Source: a virus
Taxonomy: Duplodnaviria > Caudoviricetes
Length of the DNA: 64,000 nucleotides
Direction: 5' to 3' (one strand)
Virus record (IMG/VR): IMGVR_UViG_2844571421_000002
Coordinates: 13,006-77,005 of that record
Below the pieces are notes generated by a model. It saw only the letters and a list, made by a program, of their open reading frames with translations. It did not search any database and was not told the DNA's origin. Shown in pieces: positions 36,001-44,972 of the stretch. How positions within the stretch are numbered: position 1 is the first letter of the stretch; each line of letters begins with the position of its first letter. The position numbers were made by a program, and so were the translations under genes.

Positions 36001-38365
36001 TCAGCCACTCGCCATTGCCGCGACGTCGGCCCGCTTCGCGCTTCATTTCGATATAAACTTGTCGTGCTGTCTCGGCGGGGTCATGCGCGGCCTGAATCAC
36101 AATCTGCCCAACGCTGACGTTGCCGCCACTCACCGGGACAGCAGGGCTCGACGTGACGGGTGATGCACCATGCGGCCTCTGCGGCTGGCCAGAAACCGGG
36201 TCCTGTGCGTTGAACCTCGCGAGCGCCACCTTGAAGCCGGAGGGAACGTTGCTGAGCGCCTCGGTTGCCTTCTTCGTGGCGTTGGCGTTCTCCCACTGAG
36301 CGACAGCGGCGGCTGAGTTCGCGGCGGCTGACTCGTAAGTCGTATCTCGCAGCGTGTTCAACGCCCCGTCGACCTGGTCCATGGGGACTTTCATGCTGTC
36401 GAGGCCCCGCGCCATCTTCTCGAAGACGCCACCGACAACCGGAATCTTGCTGAGCGCGCGGAAGACACCGGCAATGAAACCGATGATGCCGTTCCACACC
36501 GTGCCTACGCCCTTCACGACGTAGAGGATGCCCATCGCCACGATGCGCACGACGGCGAAGAACGCCTTCATGATGGGGCCCGCGAGCAGCGCCAGCGGCT
36601 GAGTCAGCGCGACGAGAATCTGACCCAACACGCTGATGAGCGGGGCGAGTCCCTGGAAGAGCGTGCCAAGCACCTCCAGCACCGGGGCAATCGCCTGGAG
36701 CGGCGCGAGCAGCATTTCGAGCACCGGCACGATGGCGTCGAGCAGCGGCGCCACCATGTTGAAGGCGGACGCGAGGAGCGGCAGCACCGGGGCCAGCACG
36801 CGGCCGATGGCATCGGCAACGAACTGGATGAAGCTCGCCGTCATCTGAATCAACGTGGCGAACGTCGAGCTTTGCGCGAGCAGCTCGGCGACCACGGCGA
36901 TGACGCCGCCCCACACGCCCCCCACGAGCATCCCCTGCTCGAAGCGCTCGAACAGCTCGTAGAGCCCGCCCAGGGCCTGCGTGAATCGGCTCGTGAGGGA
37001 GCGCTTCGCTTCGTCGACAGCGCGAGCCAGCGCGTCCGCGAGTTCCTTCGCCTTCTTCCGGGCGACCTGTTCGATGACGGCAGCGACGTTGCCGACGCTC
37101 GTCAGGAACTCCTTCGCGTTGAAGTTCCCAATCTGGACGCGGCCCGCTTCGATTTCCGGCCCGGCGGACGGCGTGCGCAGCTTGCCCTTCGGCCCGCCGA
37201 GCATGTCGTCGAAGACGCCGCCGAACTTCTCACGGAGGAATGCCGCAGCGTCACCGCCGAGCAGCTTCACGCCATCGAAGGCGTAGCCCGCGCCATAGGA
37301 GACGTCCGCCCAAACAGAAGCGAAGCCGTCCTTCAACTCGCCGAGTGCGCCGTCGGCGAAGCCCTTCAGCCCGCCGAGCAGCGTGTCGCCGTTCAGGTCC
37401 TTCAACCCCTCAAGCGAGGCCGCGACGCCGTCGAGGTTGAGCGCGCGGGCCATAGGCGCCGCCATGCGTGCCAGGTTGCGCACCACGAAGGCGAACGCTT
37501 CGAGCTGCCCGCGTGCCCACGTCCCGACAATGGCCCCAAGCCCCGTGAAGAGTTCCCGGAAGAAGGCCACCGCGCGACCAGCAACTTCGGTGACGCCTCT
37601 CCAGGCCGACACGAACGCATCGCGCATCCCGAAGCTCGCGTCGTTCCACGCCTTGTAAAGCGTGCCCGCGAGCATCACTACGCCTGCAACGGCGAGCGCG
37701 ACAGCCGCCAGAGGCGCAGCCACCACGAGGATTCGCGCGGCGGCATTGCGGAAGGCGGCAGCAAAGCCCGCGTCGACCTGCTCAGCCCCCTTCGCCACTT
37801 TCTTCAGGTTGCCTTCAACAACGGGCGTCTCTCCACGGACGAAGCCGGAGAAGCGCACGACGGCCTTTCCCGCACCGTCCAGCGCAGGGACGACAACCGT
37901 ATTCACAATTTCGGCAGTGCTCTTAACGACGCCAGCGGCAGTCCCCAGCGCGCCACCCGCGAGCGCCGCCGCAGTCCCCCACACCAGCATTGTCCCGACG
38001 GACTGCTTCACCGACGGCTCAAGCCGCTGGAACCACCCGAGCGCATGTTCGAGGACTTCGGAGAGTCTCTCAATGTGCGGAAGGATGGCTTCGCCGATTT
38101 CAGCGAAGACGTTGGTGAAGATGAGCTTGATTCTGTCGAGCCGCTCGGTGACGCCGCTGTCAAATTCAGCCACCGCGGCAAGCGCGCGATACAGACCCAC
38201 GCTGAACAGCGCGCCGATTCCGCCAATCTTCTTCCCGAGCTTCTCGACTTTGTCGGCCGTCTGCGCAACGTCCGCGACAACGCGTCGCATGGACTTGGAG
38301 AACTCGCCGACGGCGGCCGTGACGACGACATACAAGTCGCCAACTTTCAAACCGCCGCCAGCCAT
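35987..38365 (-). CDS. Tape measure protein
   Basis: VGDLYVVVTA N-terminus, Ala/Gly-rich helices, ~11-residue hydrophobic repeats. Confidence 0.87.
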   Translation of the reverse strand: MAGGGLKVGDLYVVVTAAVGEFSKSMRRVVADVAQTADKVEKLGKKIGGIGALFSVGLYRALAAVAEFDSGVTERLDRIKLIFTNVFAEIGEAILPHIERLSEVLEHALGWFQRLEPSVKQSVGTMLVWGTAAALAGGALGTAAGVVKSTAEIVNTVVVPALDGAGKAVVRFSGFVRGETPVVEGNLKKVAKGAEQVDAGFAAAFRNAAARILVVAAPLAAVALAVAGVVMLAGTLYKAWNDASFGMRDAFVSAWRGVTEVAGRAVAFFRELFTGLGAIVGTWARGQLEAFAFVVRNLARMAAPMARALNLDGVAASLEGLKDLNGDTLLGGLKGFADGALGELKDGFASVWADVSYGAGYAFDGVKLLGGDAAAFLREKFGGVFDDMLGGPKGKLRTPSAGPEIEAGRVQIGNFNAKEFLTSVGNVAAVIEQVARKKAKELADALARAVDEAKRSLTSRFTQALGGLYELFERFEQGMLVGGVWGGVIAVVAELLAQSSTFATLIQMTASFIQFVADAIGRVLAPVLPLLASAFNMVAPLLDAIVPVLEMLLAPLQAIAPVLEVLGTLFQGLAPLISVLGQILVALTQPLALLAGPIMKAFFAVVRIVAMGILYVVKGVGTVWNGIIGFIAGVFRALSKIPVVGGVFEKMARGLDSMKVPMDQVDGALNTLRDTTYESAAANSAAAVAQWENANATKKATEALSNVPSGFKVALARFNAQDPVSGQPQRPHGASPVTSSPAVPVSGGNVSVGQIVIQAAHDPAETARQVYIEMKREAGRRRGNGEWLNGRY

Positions 38366-38371
38366 GACGAA

Positions 38372-38589
38372 TCACCTCTTGCGCAAACGCCGAATGGATT
38401 GCTGGCCCGGCTGCGACACGCCTGGGGCCTGTTGATTGGAAGAGCGCCTTTCGAGTTCGTCAGCCTCTCTTCGCGCATAGGCGACGAGCCCGACGACATC
38501 CTCATAAGGCATTTCACGGACTGCGTCGGGCGGCAGTTTCAGGAGAGAGGCAACCCCGTAGAGCAGGCTCGCTTCGGGGTCGCTGTCTA
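38372..38589 (-). CDS. -1 frameshift extension of tail assembly chaperone (GT-like)
   Basis: Open -1 frame after G-GGA-AAA (38590-38596): IDSDPEASLLYGVASLLKLPPDAVREMPYEDVV..RKR*. Confidence 0.72.
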
Positions 38590-38940
38590 TTTTCCCCGCA
38601 TCTTCTCTTCGCTGACGTTGAAGACATCCGTCAGGTCCGTCGCGAGGTCTTCAAGCCACGACTCATCGAGCAGCTCGTCGATGTCGTTGACGGAGAACAT
38701 CGGGCGGCCCGTCTCCGCATCGTGAAGCACGCAGACGGCGATGCGCCCCAGCATCCGCGCTCCGGCCCTGTCTCCCGTCGGCTCGTTCTTCTCCGTCATC
38801 TCCCCGGCCTCGCGGGCCTGCTCAATCAGCCGCAGCCGGTCGCCCATCGTCGGCTTGATGATGTTCACCTTGACGCCGTCCACCTCCACCGACTTCAGGA
38901 CGCGACGATTCTTCGCAAGCAGCTTGTGCTTGTTCGACAT
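38587..38940 (-). CDS. Tail assembly chaperone (G-like)
   Basis: Acidic ~117 aa; lies between tube genes and TMP; ends on a slippery heptamer. Confidence 0.75.
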   Translation of the reverse strand: MSNKHKLLAKNRRVLKSVEVDGVKVNIIKPTMGDRLRLIEQAREAGEMTEKNEPTGDRAGARMLGRIAVCVLHDAETGRPMFSVNDIDELLDESWLEDLATDLTDVFNVSEEKMRGK

Positions 38941-38971
38941 GGACTCTCCTTCAGGTGTGAAACGAGACTGC

Positions 38972-39634
38972 TCAGGGCGAGCCGTAGCCCCAGGCGAAAA
39001 CGGCGCCGTCCTCGGACTGGAAGGCGAAGCCGAGGAACTTCATGGTGTGCTCGTACAGGGCCCCGGGCGTCAGCTTGTGAGACAGCTCAGGCACCTTGAC
39101 CCACGCGCGGAAGACTTGAGCCCCGGATGCCTTGCCAACTTCGATGAGCAGCGGAGTCCCTTCGGCCAGTGCTTCAACCTCGAGCTCAGTAAGGGCCAGC
39201 CCCGTCAGCTCCCCCGAAAAGTCCCGGAGCGACACCGAACGCCGCTTGTAGGCGTCCCCCATGACTTGCAGCTCGACGACGTCGTTCGTCACCGTGAGGG
39301 AGATGGAGCGCACCAGGGCGAGCGGATGGACGGGCAACGCGTAGCCCGAGACGCGCACGAGGGCCGACGGGCCGGGAGCGCTGGCGAGTTGGACGTCGCC
39401 GAAGAGCGGGTCGACGTAGGCGTCGACAGGTGTCCAGGCGTCGGCATCCCCACTGGGGGAGACCTCGACGAACACGGGAGCGCCCGGATTGAGGCGGCGA
39501 AGCTCGGGGTCCGCGATTCGAAACTCGGTCCCCGTGAAGTCGGGCGCGGGCATGGGCACGGCTTCGGATTCGAGGAACTCGGCAGGCTCACCCGCAATAG
39601 ACAGCGAGCCGACATGCGCAGCGATGGCGGCCAT
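38972..39634 (-). CDS. Second tail-tube-like protein
   Basis: SISLTVTNDVVE..GDAYKRR..LRDFSGEL resembles the tube motif of the upstream gene. Confidence 0.55.
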   Translation of the reverse strand: MAAIAAHVGSLSIAGEPAEFLESEAVPMPAPDFTGTEFRIADPELRRLNPGAPVFVEVSPSGDADAWTPVDAYVDPLFGDVQLASAPGPSALVRVSGYALPVHPLALVRSISLTVTNDVVELQVMGDAYKRRSVSLRDFSGELTGLALTELEVEALAEGTPLLIEVGKASGAQVFRAWVKVPELSHKLTPGALYEHTMKFLGFAFQSEDGAVFAWGYGSP

Positions 39635-40059
39635 CAGACGGCCACCGGGGCGCCGTTGCCCAAGAGCTTGCAGGTGAACTCCACGACACCACCCGGGGTC
39701 AGCTTCTCGTCGTAGCTGTTGACGACCATCGGGATGCGCTTGCCCCTGGAGCCGGCCGATGCGTTGGGGTCGAAGATGAACGTCACGTAGACGGTGCTCC
39801 CGTCGTCGCGCGCGTCACGCAGCACGGACTGCGGCGCGTCGCCCTCCATGAAGTGTCCCGACAGGTCGGCGCTCGTGTCCTTCAGCGTCTGGACGCGGGA
39901 CTTGTAGCCCGAGCCGCCGAGGTAATTCGTCTCGACGAAGTCGCCCGTCTCGCTAAGCGACGCGTCCGTCAGGCCATCGACGCGGTCAGCGGACTGGGAG
40001 GCATTCGCGTCCGAGCGCACGGAAACACTGTCGAGGTGAGCAGCAACAGGGGTGGACAT
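39634..40059 (-). CDS. Tail tube protein
   Basis: SLSETGDFVETNYLGG..KSRVQTLKD.S..LSG; G.VEFTC.L.GNG.P. Confidence 0.7.
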   Translation of the reverse strand: MSTPVAAHLDSVSVRSDANASQSADRVDGLTDASLSETGDFVETNYLGGSGYKSRVQTLKDTSADLSGHFMEGDAPQSVLRDARDDGSTVYVTFIFDPNASAGSRGKRIPMVVNSYDEKLTPGGVVEFTCKLLGNGAPVAV

Positions 40060-40067
40060 GTGAATAC

Positions 40068-40484
40068 CTACCGGCTCGGGAAGAGCCGCGAAAGCGTGGC
40101 AAGAATTTGGGCGGCAACCGTCTTGCGGAACTTCGCGCGCCCCCGACGGGCGGGCTTGCGCAGGAAGTGGACCGGCGTGGCGAAACGTTGCTCGCCCCAG
40201 TGAAACCCTTCGTGAATGGGGCCCGCAGCGTCGTGGGCATACCCAGCCGTTGCGCTGACGCTCGCCTTCGCGTCGTTCAGCTCCGGGCCGTCGACAAACC
40301 CGGACGTGCTCAGCGGCGGCTTGCCGTCCGTGTCCCGCGCGCCCACAGGCACCAGGGCGCGACTCGCCTGAAGCACCGTCGACGCGTGTTCGCGAGTCAA
40401 AGGCGCCAGGTCGGCGAGTACGGGCCGCTCCACCTTCCGCAGCTTGTCGAGCAGCCTGAAATCAAGAGCAACTTTGAGTGGCAT
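40068..40484 (-). CDS. HK97 gp10-like tail completion protein
   Basis: SRALVPV..L..S, GY...A..IHEG..FL motifs. Confidence 0.65.
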   Translation of the reverse strand: MPLKVALDFRLLDKLRKVERPVLADLAPLTREHASTVLQASRALVPVGARDTDGKPPLSTSGFVDGPELNDAKASVSATAGYAHDAAGPIHEGFHWGEQRFATPVHFLRKPARRGRAKFRKTVAAQILATLSRLFPSR

Positions 40485-40492
40485 TGCCCCCG

Positions 40493-40523
40493 GTAAATGC
40501 GTGCGCTTTCTCGCCGTGGCTCA
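40493..40523 (-). promoter_or_regulatory. 31-bp phage motif upstream of tail operon
   Basis: TGAGCCACGGCGAGAAAGCGCACGCATTTAC, 9 nt from CATTTA to ATG. Confidence 0.75.
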
Positions 40524-40940
40524 CGCGCCCATGTCGATGAAGGAGGAATCGACGGTGAAGGTCCACCAATGCCGGTCGCTCCCGTCAGTGCCGACGTAGT
40601 TGGGGCTGCCTTCATCCACCTCAATCAGCACGTAGCCCGCGGCATTCACGAGATGCAGCACGTCGAGGGCCGCGAGCGCGAGCGCCTGTCCCTCTCGGAA
40701 GCTCTCACGCGCCGAGCGCACGCGGACCTGACAGGTGACAGTCCGGTACGTCTTGCGGCCCCCGCCGATGTAGCTCTGCGGCGGCTCCCCTCCGGTTTGC
40801 AACACGAAGCACGCAACGTCCGGGACGGTGGCGTCGTCGTCTTCGAGCGTCGGGCCGAGAAACAGGTTGTCACCGGCGCTCAGGTTGAGGCCCCCAGCGG
40901 CGAGAATCGTCGCGAGGTCGGCAGCAGTGTCGCGGGCCAT
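40521..40940 (-). CDS. Tail terminator/completion protein
   Basis: Neck-gene position; VQVRVRS-like and WTFTV segments. Confidence 0.6.
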   Translation of the reverse strand: MARDTAADLATILAAGGLNLSAGDNLFLGPTLEDDDATVPDVACFVLQTGGEPPQSYIGGGRKTYRTVTCQVRVRSARESFREGQALALAALDVLHLVNAAGYVLIEVDEGSPNYVGTDGSDRHWWTFTVDSSFIDMGA

Positions 40941-41263
40941 TAGAGCCAAACCTTCCGGTAGCGCAGGACGCCCGCCCCGTCGACGTGCTCGTCAAGGGCG
41001 GCAGGGCGACGCGCGTGGTTGAAGTCGGTGATGTCGTCGCCCTTGAACCAAAGCCGGTGACGCAGGGTGACGGGTGCTTCGGTGTAGACGACGAAGGACG
41101 CGACGAACTCGGCGCCGTTGGCATCGCGAATCAGCTTTCGACTCGGCTGGATGCGCGCGGGAGCTTCATGAATGGGACCCAGCAGAGGAGTCCCCCACGC
41201 GTCGCGTCCGACGACTTCGGCGTAGCTCACTCGCTGGCGGAAGAGAGAAGCGGGCCCGCTCAT
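40940..41263 (-). CDS. Head-closure protein
   Basis: Homolog of 363-686. Confidence 0.55.
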   Translation of the reverse strand: MSGPASLFRQRVSYAEVVGRDAWGTPLLGPIHEAPARIQPSRKLIRDANGAEFVASFVVYTEAPVTLRHRLWFKGDDITDFNHARRPAALDEHVDGAGVLRYRKVWL

Positions 41264-41919
41264 CAACTGGCCCTCCACAGGATGTGAGGCGCGACGAGCA
41301 GCTCGGCGCGGGGGCTCGCAAGCCGCTGGCCCGCGCTTCGCTCCCGGTAGCTCACTGACCAATCCCCGAGACTCTCGCTGGATACGTCCGAGTCACGCCC
41401 CCGGCCCCGGTAGAGCGCGCAGGCTTCGAGGATGGCGGCGTCTTCGACCTCGGCGGGCAGGGTAACGGGCCCCTGGGACGCATCGAGGGCCACTTGCCCC
41501 GGCGTCACGTAGCCGCCCGTGTACGTCACGGCCAACGCATCGGGGCGCCCCTGCCGCATTTCGACTGTCAGGGTGACGAGCCCGCCGACGCGCGCCGTTA
41601 CCGGCCAGAGGCCAGCGAGGCGGTAGAGAAGGCCCCCCGCCGCGAGGTCTCCGGCAAGGGTGTAGCTCGCCGCGTCGAGCAGCTCGCCCCCTTCCGCCAC
41701 GCTGAGGACTTCGACGAGCGGCGGGCGGCTCAGGAGGACGTAGGGGCGGCCGTAGCTGTCCGGGTACTCCGTCACCGTGGCCCGCTCGAAGGCCCGGCCG
41801 CACAGCCTCGCGATTGCACTGCTGGCGGAAGTGACGCAGCGCTCGACGTGCGAGTCGGAGGGCACGCCCAGGTCGGCGGCCACGGTAGCGGCAAGGCAGA
41901 GGTCAGTCGGGCGGGCCAT
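41263..41919 (-). CDS. Head-tail connector/adaptor
   Basis: Homolog of 686-1342. Confidence 0.65.
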   Translation of the reverse strand: MARPTDLCLAATVAADLGVPSDSHVERCVTSASSAIARLCGRAFERATVTEYPDSYGRPYVLLSRPPLVEVLSVAEGGELLDAASYTLAGDLAAGGLLYRLAGLWPVTARVGGLVTLTVEMRQGRPDALAVTYTGGYVTPGQVALDASQGPVTLPAEVEDAAILEACALYRGRGRDSDVSSESLGDWSVSYRERSAGQRLASPRAELLVAPHILWRAS

Positions 41920-42008
41920 GGAAGGGGCTCAGGACGGCGTAGGAACGACGAAGCCGGGGCCCCCAGGGGAAAGGAGCCCCGGCCCGGGAAATGCGGCGTG
42001 GCGCGGCG

Positions 42009-42422
42009 CTAGGTGGCGGGAATCTCGTCCGGCCCGCACAGGACAACCAGGCTGGACGCGCCGAGCGTGGGGGACGTACCGCCCGTGAGGGCCACCGTCT
42101 CAACGACGCGAAGGTAGCGCTGCGCGGTGGGGAGCCGGACGTTGACCCGGGCCACCGCGTTGGGGGCCGTGAGGGGGACGACTGCGGCATCGGGCAGGTC
42201 CGTCCAGCCATTCTGGCCATCGGCGCTCTCCTGGAGCTTCGCGGCCAGCGACAGCGCCGTCGGGGCGCCCGTAGCTGCCCCCGTCGAGGCCGTCAGCACG
42301 CACGAGTCGAAGCCGAGGCGGTCGACGGCGGCGCTGTTCCGCGTCCCCGCACTCACAGCGGCGGGCACAGTCCCGGGGCGGATGCCGACGAGCACGCCCG
42401 CGTCGGTGGAATTGGCGTTCAT
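42009..42422 (-). CDS. Head decoration-like virion protein
   Basis: Homolog of 1433-1846. Confidence 0.45.
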   Translation of the reverse strand: MNANSTDAGVLVGIRPGTVPAAVSAGTRNSAAVDRLGFDSCVLTASTGAATGAPTALSLAAKLQESADGQNGWTDLPDAAVVPLTAPNAVARVNVRLPTAQRYLRVVETVALTGGTSPTLGASSLVVLCGPDEIPAT

Positions 42423-42643
42423 GGTGAGGCCCTTCGTTTGGTAAAGAGGAAGCGAAAAACACACCAACCTTCGTGTCTGACAAAACTCATCTCGCCGACG
42501 CGCCGTTAGCTCACGCGTTAGGTTCGCGATCCTTAGAAGGAGCCAGTGTTGAACGCCCGCTCCGTCGACACCTGCTCGGAGTGGGCAGTTCTGCCAGGAA
42601 GAGATAAGCTGGAAAGCTGAACATCCAGCCTTATTGAGGGCAC

Positions 42644-43003
42644 ATGCCGAATCGGCAACTGAGTACCGATGAGTTGGCGCTCGCCAACAAACTTCTCGAC
42701 GAAGTGCGTTCCGAACTCAACCGGCTCGCAGGCGGAGATACGGATTTGCTCTTTGCCTTTCGGAGAAAGATCGCCAAGGAACTCACCTACGACGAAAGGG
42801 ACAAGCCAGGCCCACGGCGCGCCCTGAAGGCAAGGATGCGGGCATTGCAGAACAACATTTGCCCCCTCTGCAAAGGAGAACTCCCCGAAAGCTACTGCGT
42901 GCTGGATCGCTTCAACGCTCCGGACGGATACGTTGAAGCGAATGTCCGGCTGATCTGCGAGCCCTGCGACCGTCGCGTTCAAAAAGAGCGACGCTTCAAA
43001 TAG
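42644..43003 (+). CDS. HNH-like Zn-finger endonuclease (insertion)
   Basis: CPLC..LDR....GY..NVRLICEPC; absent from prophage 1; flanked by 21-bp direct repeats at 42406-42426 and 43009-43029. Confidence 0.7.
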   Translation: MPNRQLSTDELALANKLLDEVRSELNRLAGGDTDLLFAFRRKIAKELTYDERDKPGPRRALKARMRALQNNICPLCKGELPESYCVLDRFNAPDGYVEANVRLICEPCDRRVQKERRFK

Positions 43004-43036
43004 TGGCAGTGGAATTGGCGTTCATGGTGGGGCCTC

Positions 43037-44125
43037 TCAGGTGTAGGTGATGGAGCTGAACGCCTTCGGCTGGCGGACCTTGAAGTCGCCCTTCACGATG
43101 GCGCGAACCGTCGTCTCGTCGTACTCCGCCCGCGTGTCGTGCTCGGACAGAATCAAGTCCTCGTCGATTCCGTAGATGAACTGGCGCCAGTCCGCCGAGA
43201 AGGTGATGCGCGACACCGGCACGCGGGTCGTCATCACGAAGGGGAAGCCGCGAATCGTGCCCCTATCCAGCATCTCCTGACGGAACACCCAGACGCCGGA
43301 ATTCTGGAGCTGAAGCAGCGCCGTCGCCCGCGTCGGGTGAAGCACCCACGCCGCGTTGCCCATGCGCACATGCGCCGTCAGTGGCAGCTCGACAGCCTTG
43401 TCGATGTCGGCCAGATACGCCGCTGACGTCGTCCCAGTGGAAGCGAAGGTGTGCGCGGCGTCGAGCTGAGCGAAGAGCCCCTTCGGCGCGGCGCCCGTCC
43501 CGTCTCCGTTGAAGCCCGCGTCGTCCAGGCCATCGGCGACCGTCGCCCGGATGTCCTCGCCGACGCCCGCGTCACCCACGCCCGGCGTGCGCAGCAAGTC
43601 GTTGCTGATGTCGGTCAGCACCATGCCCTTGTGGGCCTTGAGGACAATCTTCCCGTACTTCGGCGCGCTCTTCGGCACCGTCTCGCCTTCGCCGACCCAC
43701 TTGAAGACGGACGTCCCGGTTTGCTTGCCCATGTGCAGCTCGCCCTTGAACGTCTGGGTGCGCACGCCCAGCTTGAGCATCGCCGCGTCGGGCCGGAGGA
43801 ACTCAATCACTTCGCCGCTCTGCTGGATGGGCACCAGCACACCGGCCGAGTCGAACTTGCTGAGCTGAACGGCCTTCTGGACGTCGGCGTTGCCGAAGCG
43901 CTTCGAGGCGTCGACCAGTTCGGCGGCTCCGGTGCGGCGTCCGGCCGCGATGACGCTCTTCGCGAAGCCGCCGAAGTTCTCAGCGCTCGCGTAGACGCCA
44001 GTCCCGCGCGGCGCGTTGCCCGGCTCAGCCCGGCCCGGGGCACTTCGAGCGGCGGCGTCCACCAACTCTCGCGCGACCTCGGGGCCGAGCGCCTTCACCA
44101 TCTGTGCGATTTGCTCGCGAGTCAT
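43037..44125 (-). CDS. Major capsid protein, HK97 fold
   Basis: Near-identical to 1858-2946. Confidence 0.9.
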   Translation of the reverse strand: MTREQIAQMVKALGPEVARELVDAAARSAPGRAEPGNAPRGTGVYASAENFGGFAKSVIAAGRRTGAAELVDASKRFGNADVQKAVQLSKFDSAGVLVPIQQSGEVIEFLRPDAAMLKLGVRTQTFKGELHMGKQTGTSVFKWVGEGETVPKSAPKYGKIVLKAHKGMVLTDISNDLLRTPGVGDAGVGEDIRATVADGLDDAGFNGDGTGAAPKGLFAQLDAAHTFASTGTTSAAYLADIDKAVELPLTAHVRMGNAAWVLHPTRATALLQLQNSGVWVFRQEMLDRGTIRGFPFVMTTRVPVSRITFSADWRQFIYGIDEDLILSEHDTRAEYDETTVRAIVKGDFKVRQPKAFSSITYT

Positions 44126-44934
44126 TCTTTCACTCCTCGGATGTAGCCCTTGAATGCCTCGACGAAGCTCTTCGCGGCGTCGGTGGCGTTGAAACCCTTC
44201 GTCTCTTCCTCTTCCTCGTCACCTTCCGACGGCTCGGCAGGCGGCGGCTCTTCCTCGTCGGGCTCGCTCTTGCGCTCGTCCTCGACGTCTTCTTCGTCCG
44301 CCGACTTCTCTTCGGGCTCGGCTTCCTCTTCGTCCGTCGACTTCGCTTCGGCCCGTGCGTCGAGCAGTTCGACAACGCGCGTTGCAATGCGTTCAACGAG
44401 GTCGTCGGGCGCTTCGTCCAAGGACTTCGAGCGCACGGCCCGCGAGTTGCCCGGAATCGTTACGACGGAGACTTCGAGCAGTTCCTGTGCGTCGCAGTCG
44501 TAACCGCCGCGCTCGTTCTGCCGGTACTGGCCAGGGAGCATGAGGTAACGGACGGAGACGGCATTCAGGATGCCCTTCGAAACCTTGCGTTCGACCTTCT
44601 TCGCGAACTCGTCTTCGTCGTCGAACTCGACGTCCACCATCAGGGCATCGCCTTCGACGTAGACGCGCCCCTTCCCGATAGGCAACTGAGGTTCAGCCCC
44701 AGTCAACGAGGCGCTCGCCCCGTCGTCGTGGTTGTAGAGGACGACGCCATTCGCGTTGTAGCCGTCCACCCGCCAGCCTTTGACGTTCAGCCGGTCCGAG
44801 TAGCGGTCGAAGTCGCCGTCACTCGCTTTGAACTTGAAGACGCGCCGTCCGCCAATGGACTCGACGGCGCTCAACGTCGCCGCGTCCTTTCGAACGGCGC
44901 TCAGCCGCAGGGAGCGTGTAATGGGTCCAGTCAT
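44122..44934 (-). CDS. HK97-family prohead protease
   Basis: Homolog of 2943-3776; different acidic tail. Confidence 0.87.
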   Translation of the reverse strand: MTGPITRSLRLSAVRKDAATLSAVESIGGRRVFKFKASDGDFDRYSDRLNVKGWRVDGYNANGVVLYNHDDGASASLTGAEPQLPIGKGRVYVEGDALMVDVEFDDEDEFAKKVERKVSKGILNAVSVRYLMLPGQYRQNERGGYDCDAQELLEVSVVTIPGNSRAVRSKSLDEAPDDLVERIATRVVELLDARAEAKSTDEEEAEPEEKSADEEDVEDERKSEPDEEEPPPAEPSEGDEEEEETKGFNATDAAKSFVEAFKGYIRGVKE

Positions 44935-44941
44935 GCACCCG

Positions 44942-44972
44942 GTAAATGCGTGCGACTTCTGCGGATGGCTCA
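44942..44972 (-). promoter_or_regulatory. 31-bp phage motif upstream of protease
   Basis: Same as 3784-3814; 8 nt to ATG. Confidence 0.75.
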
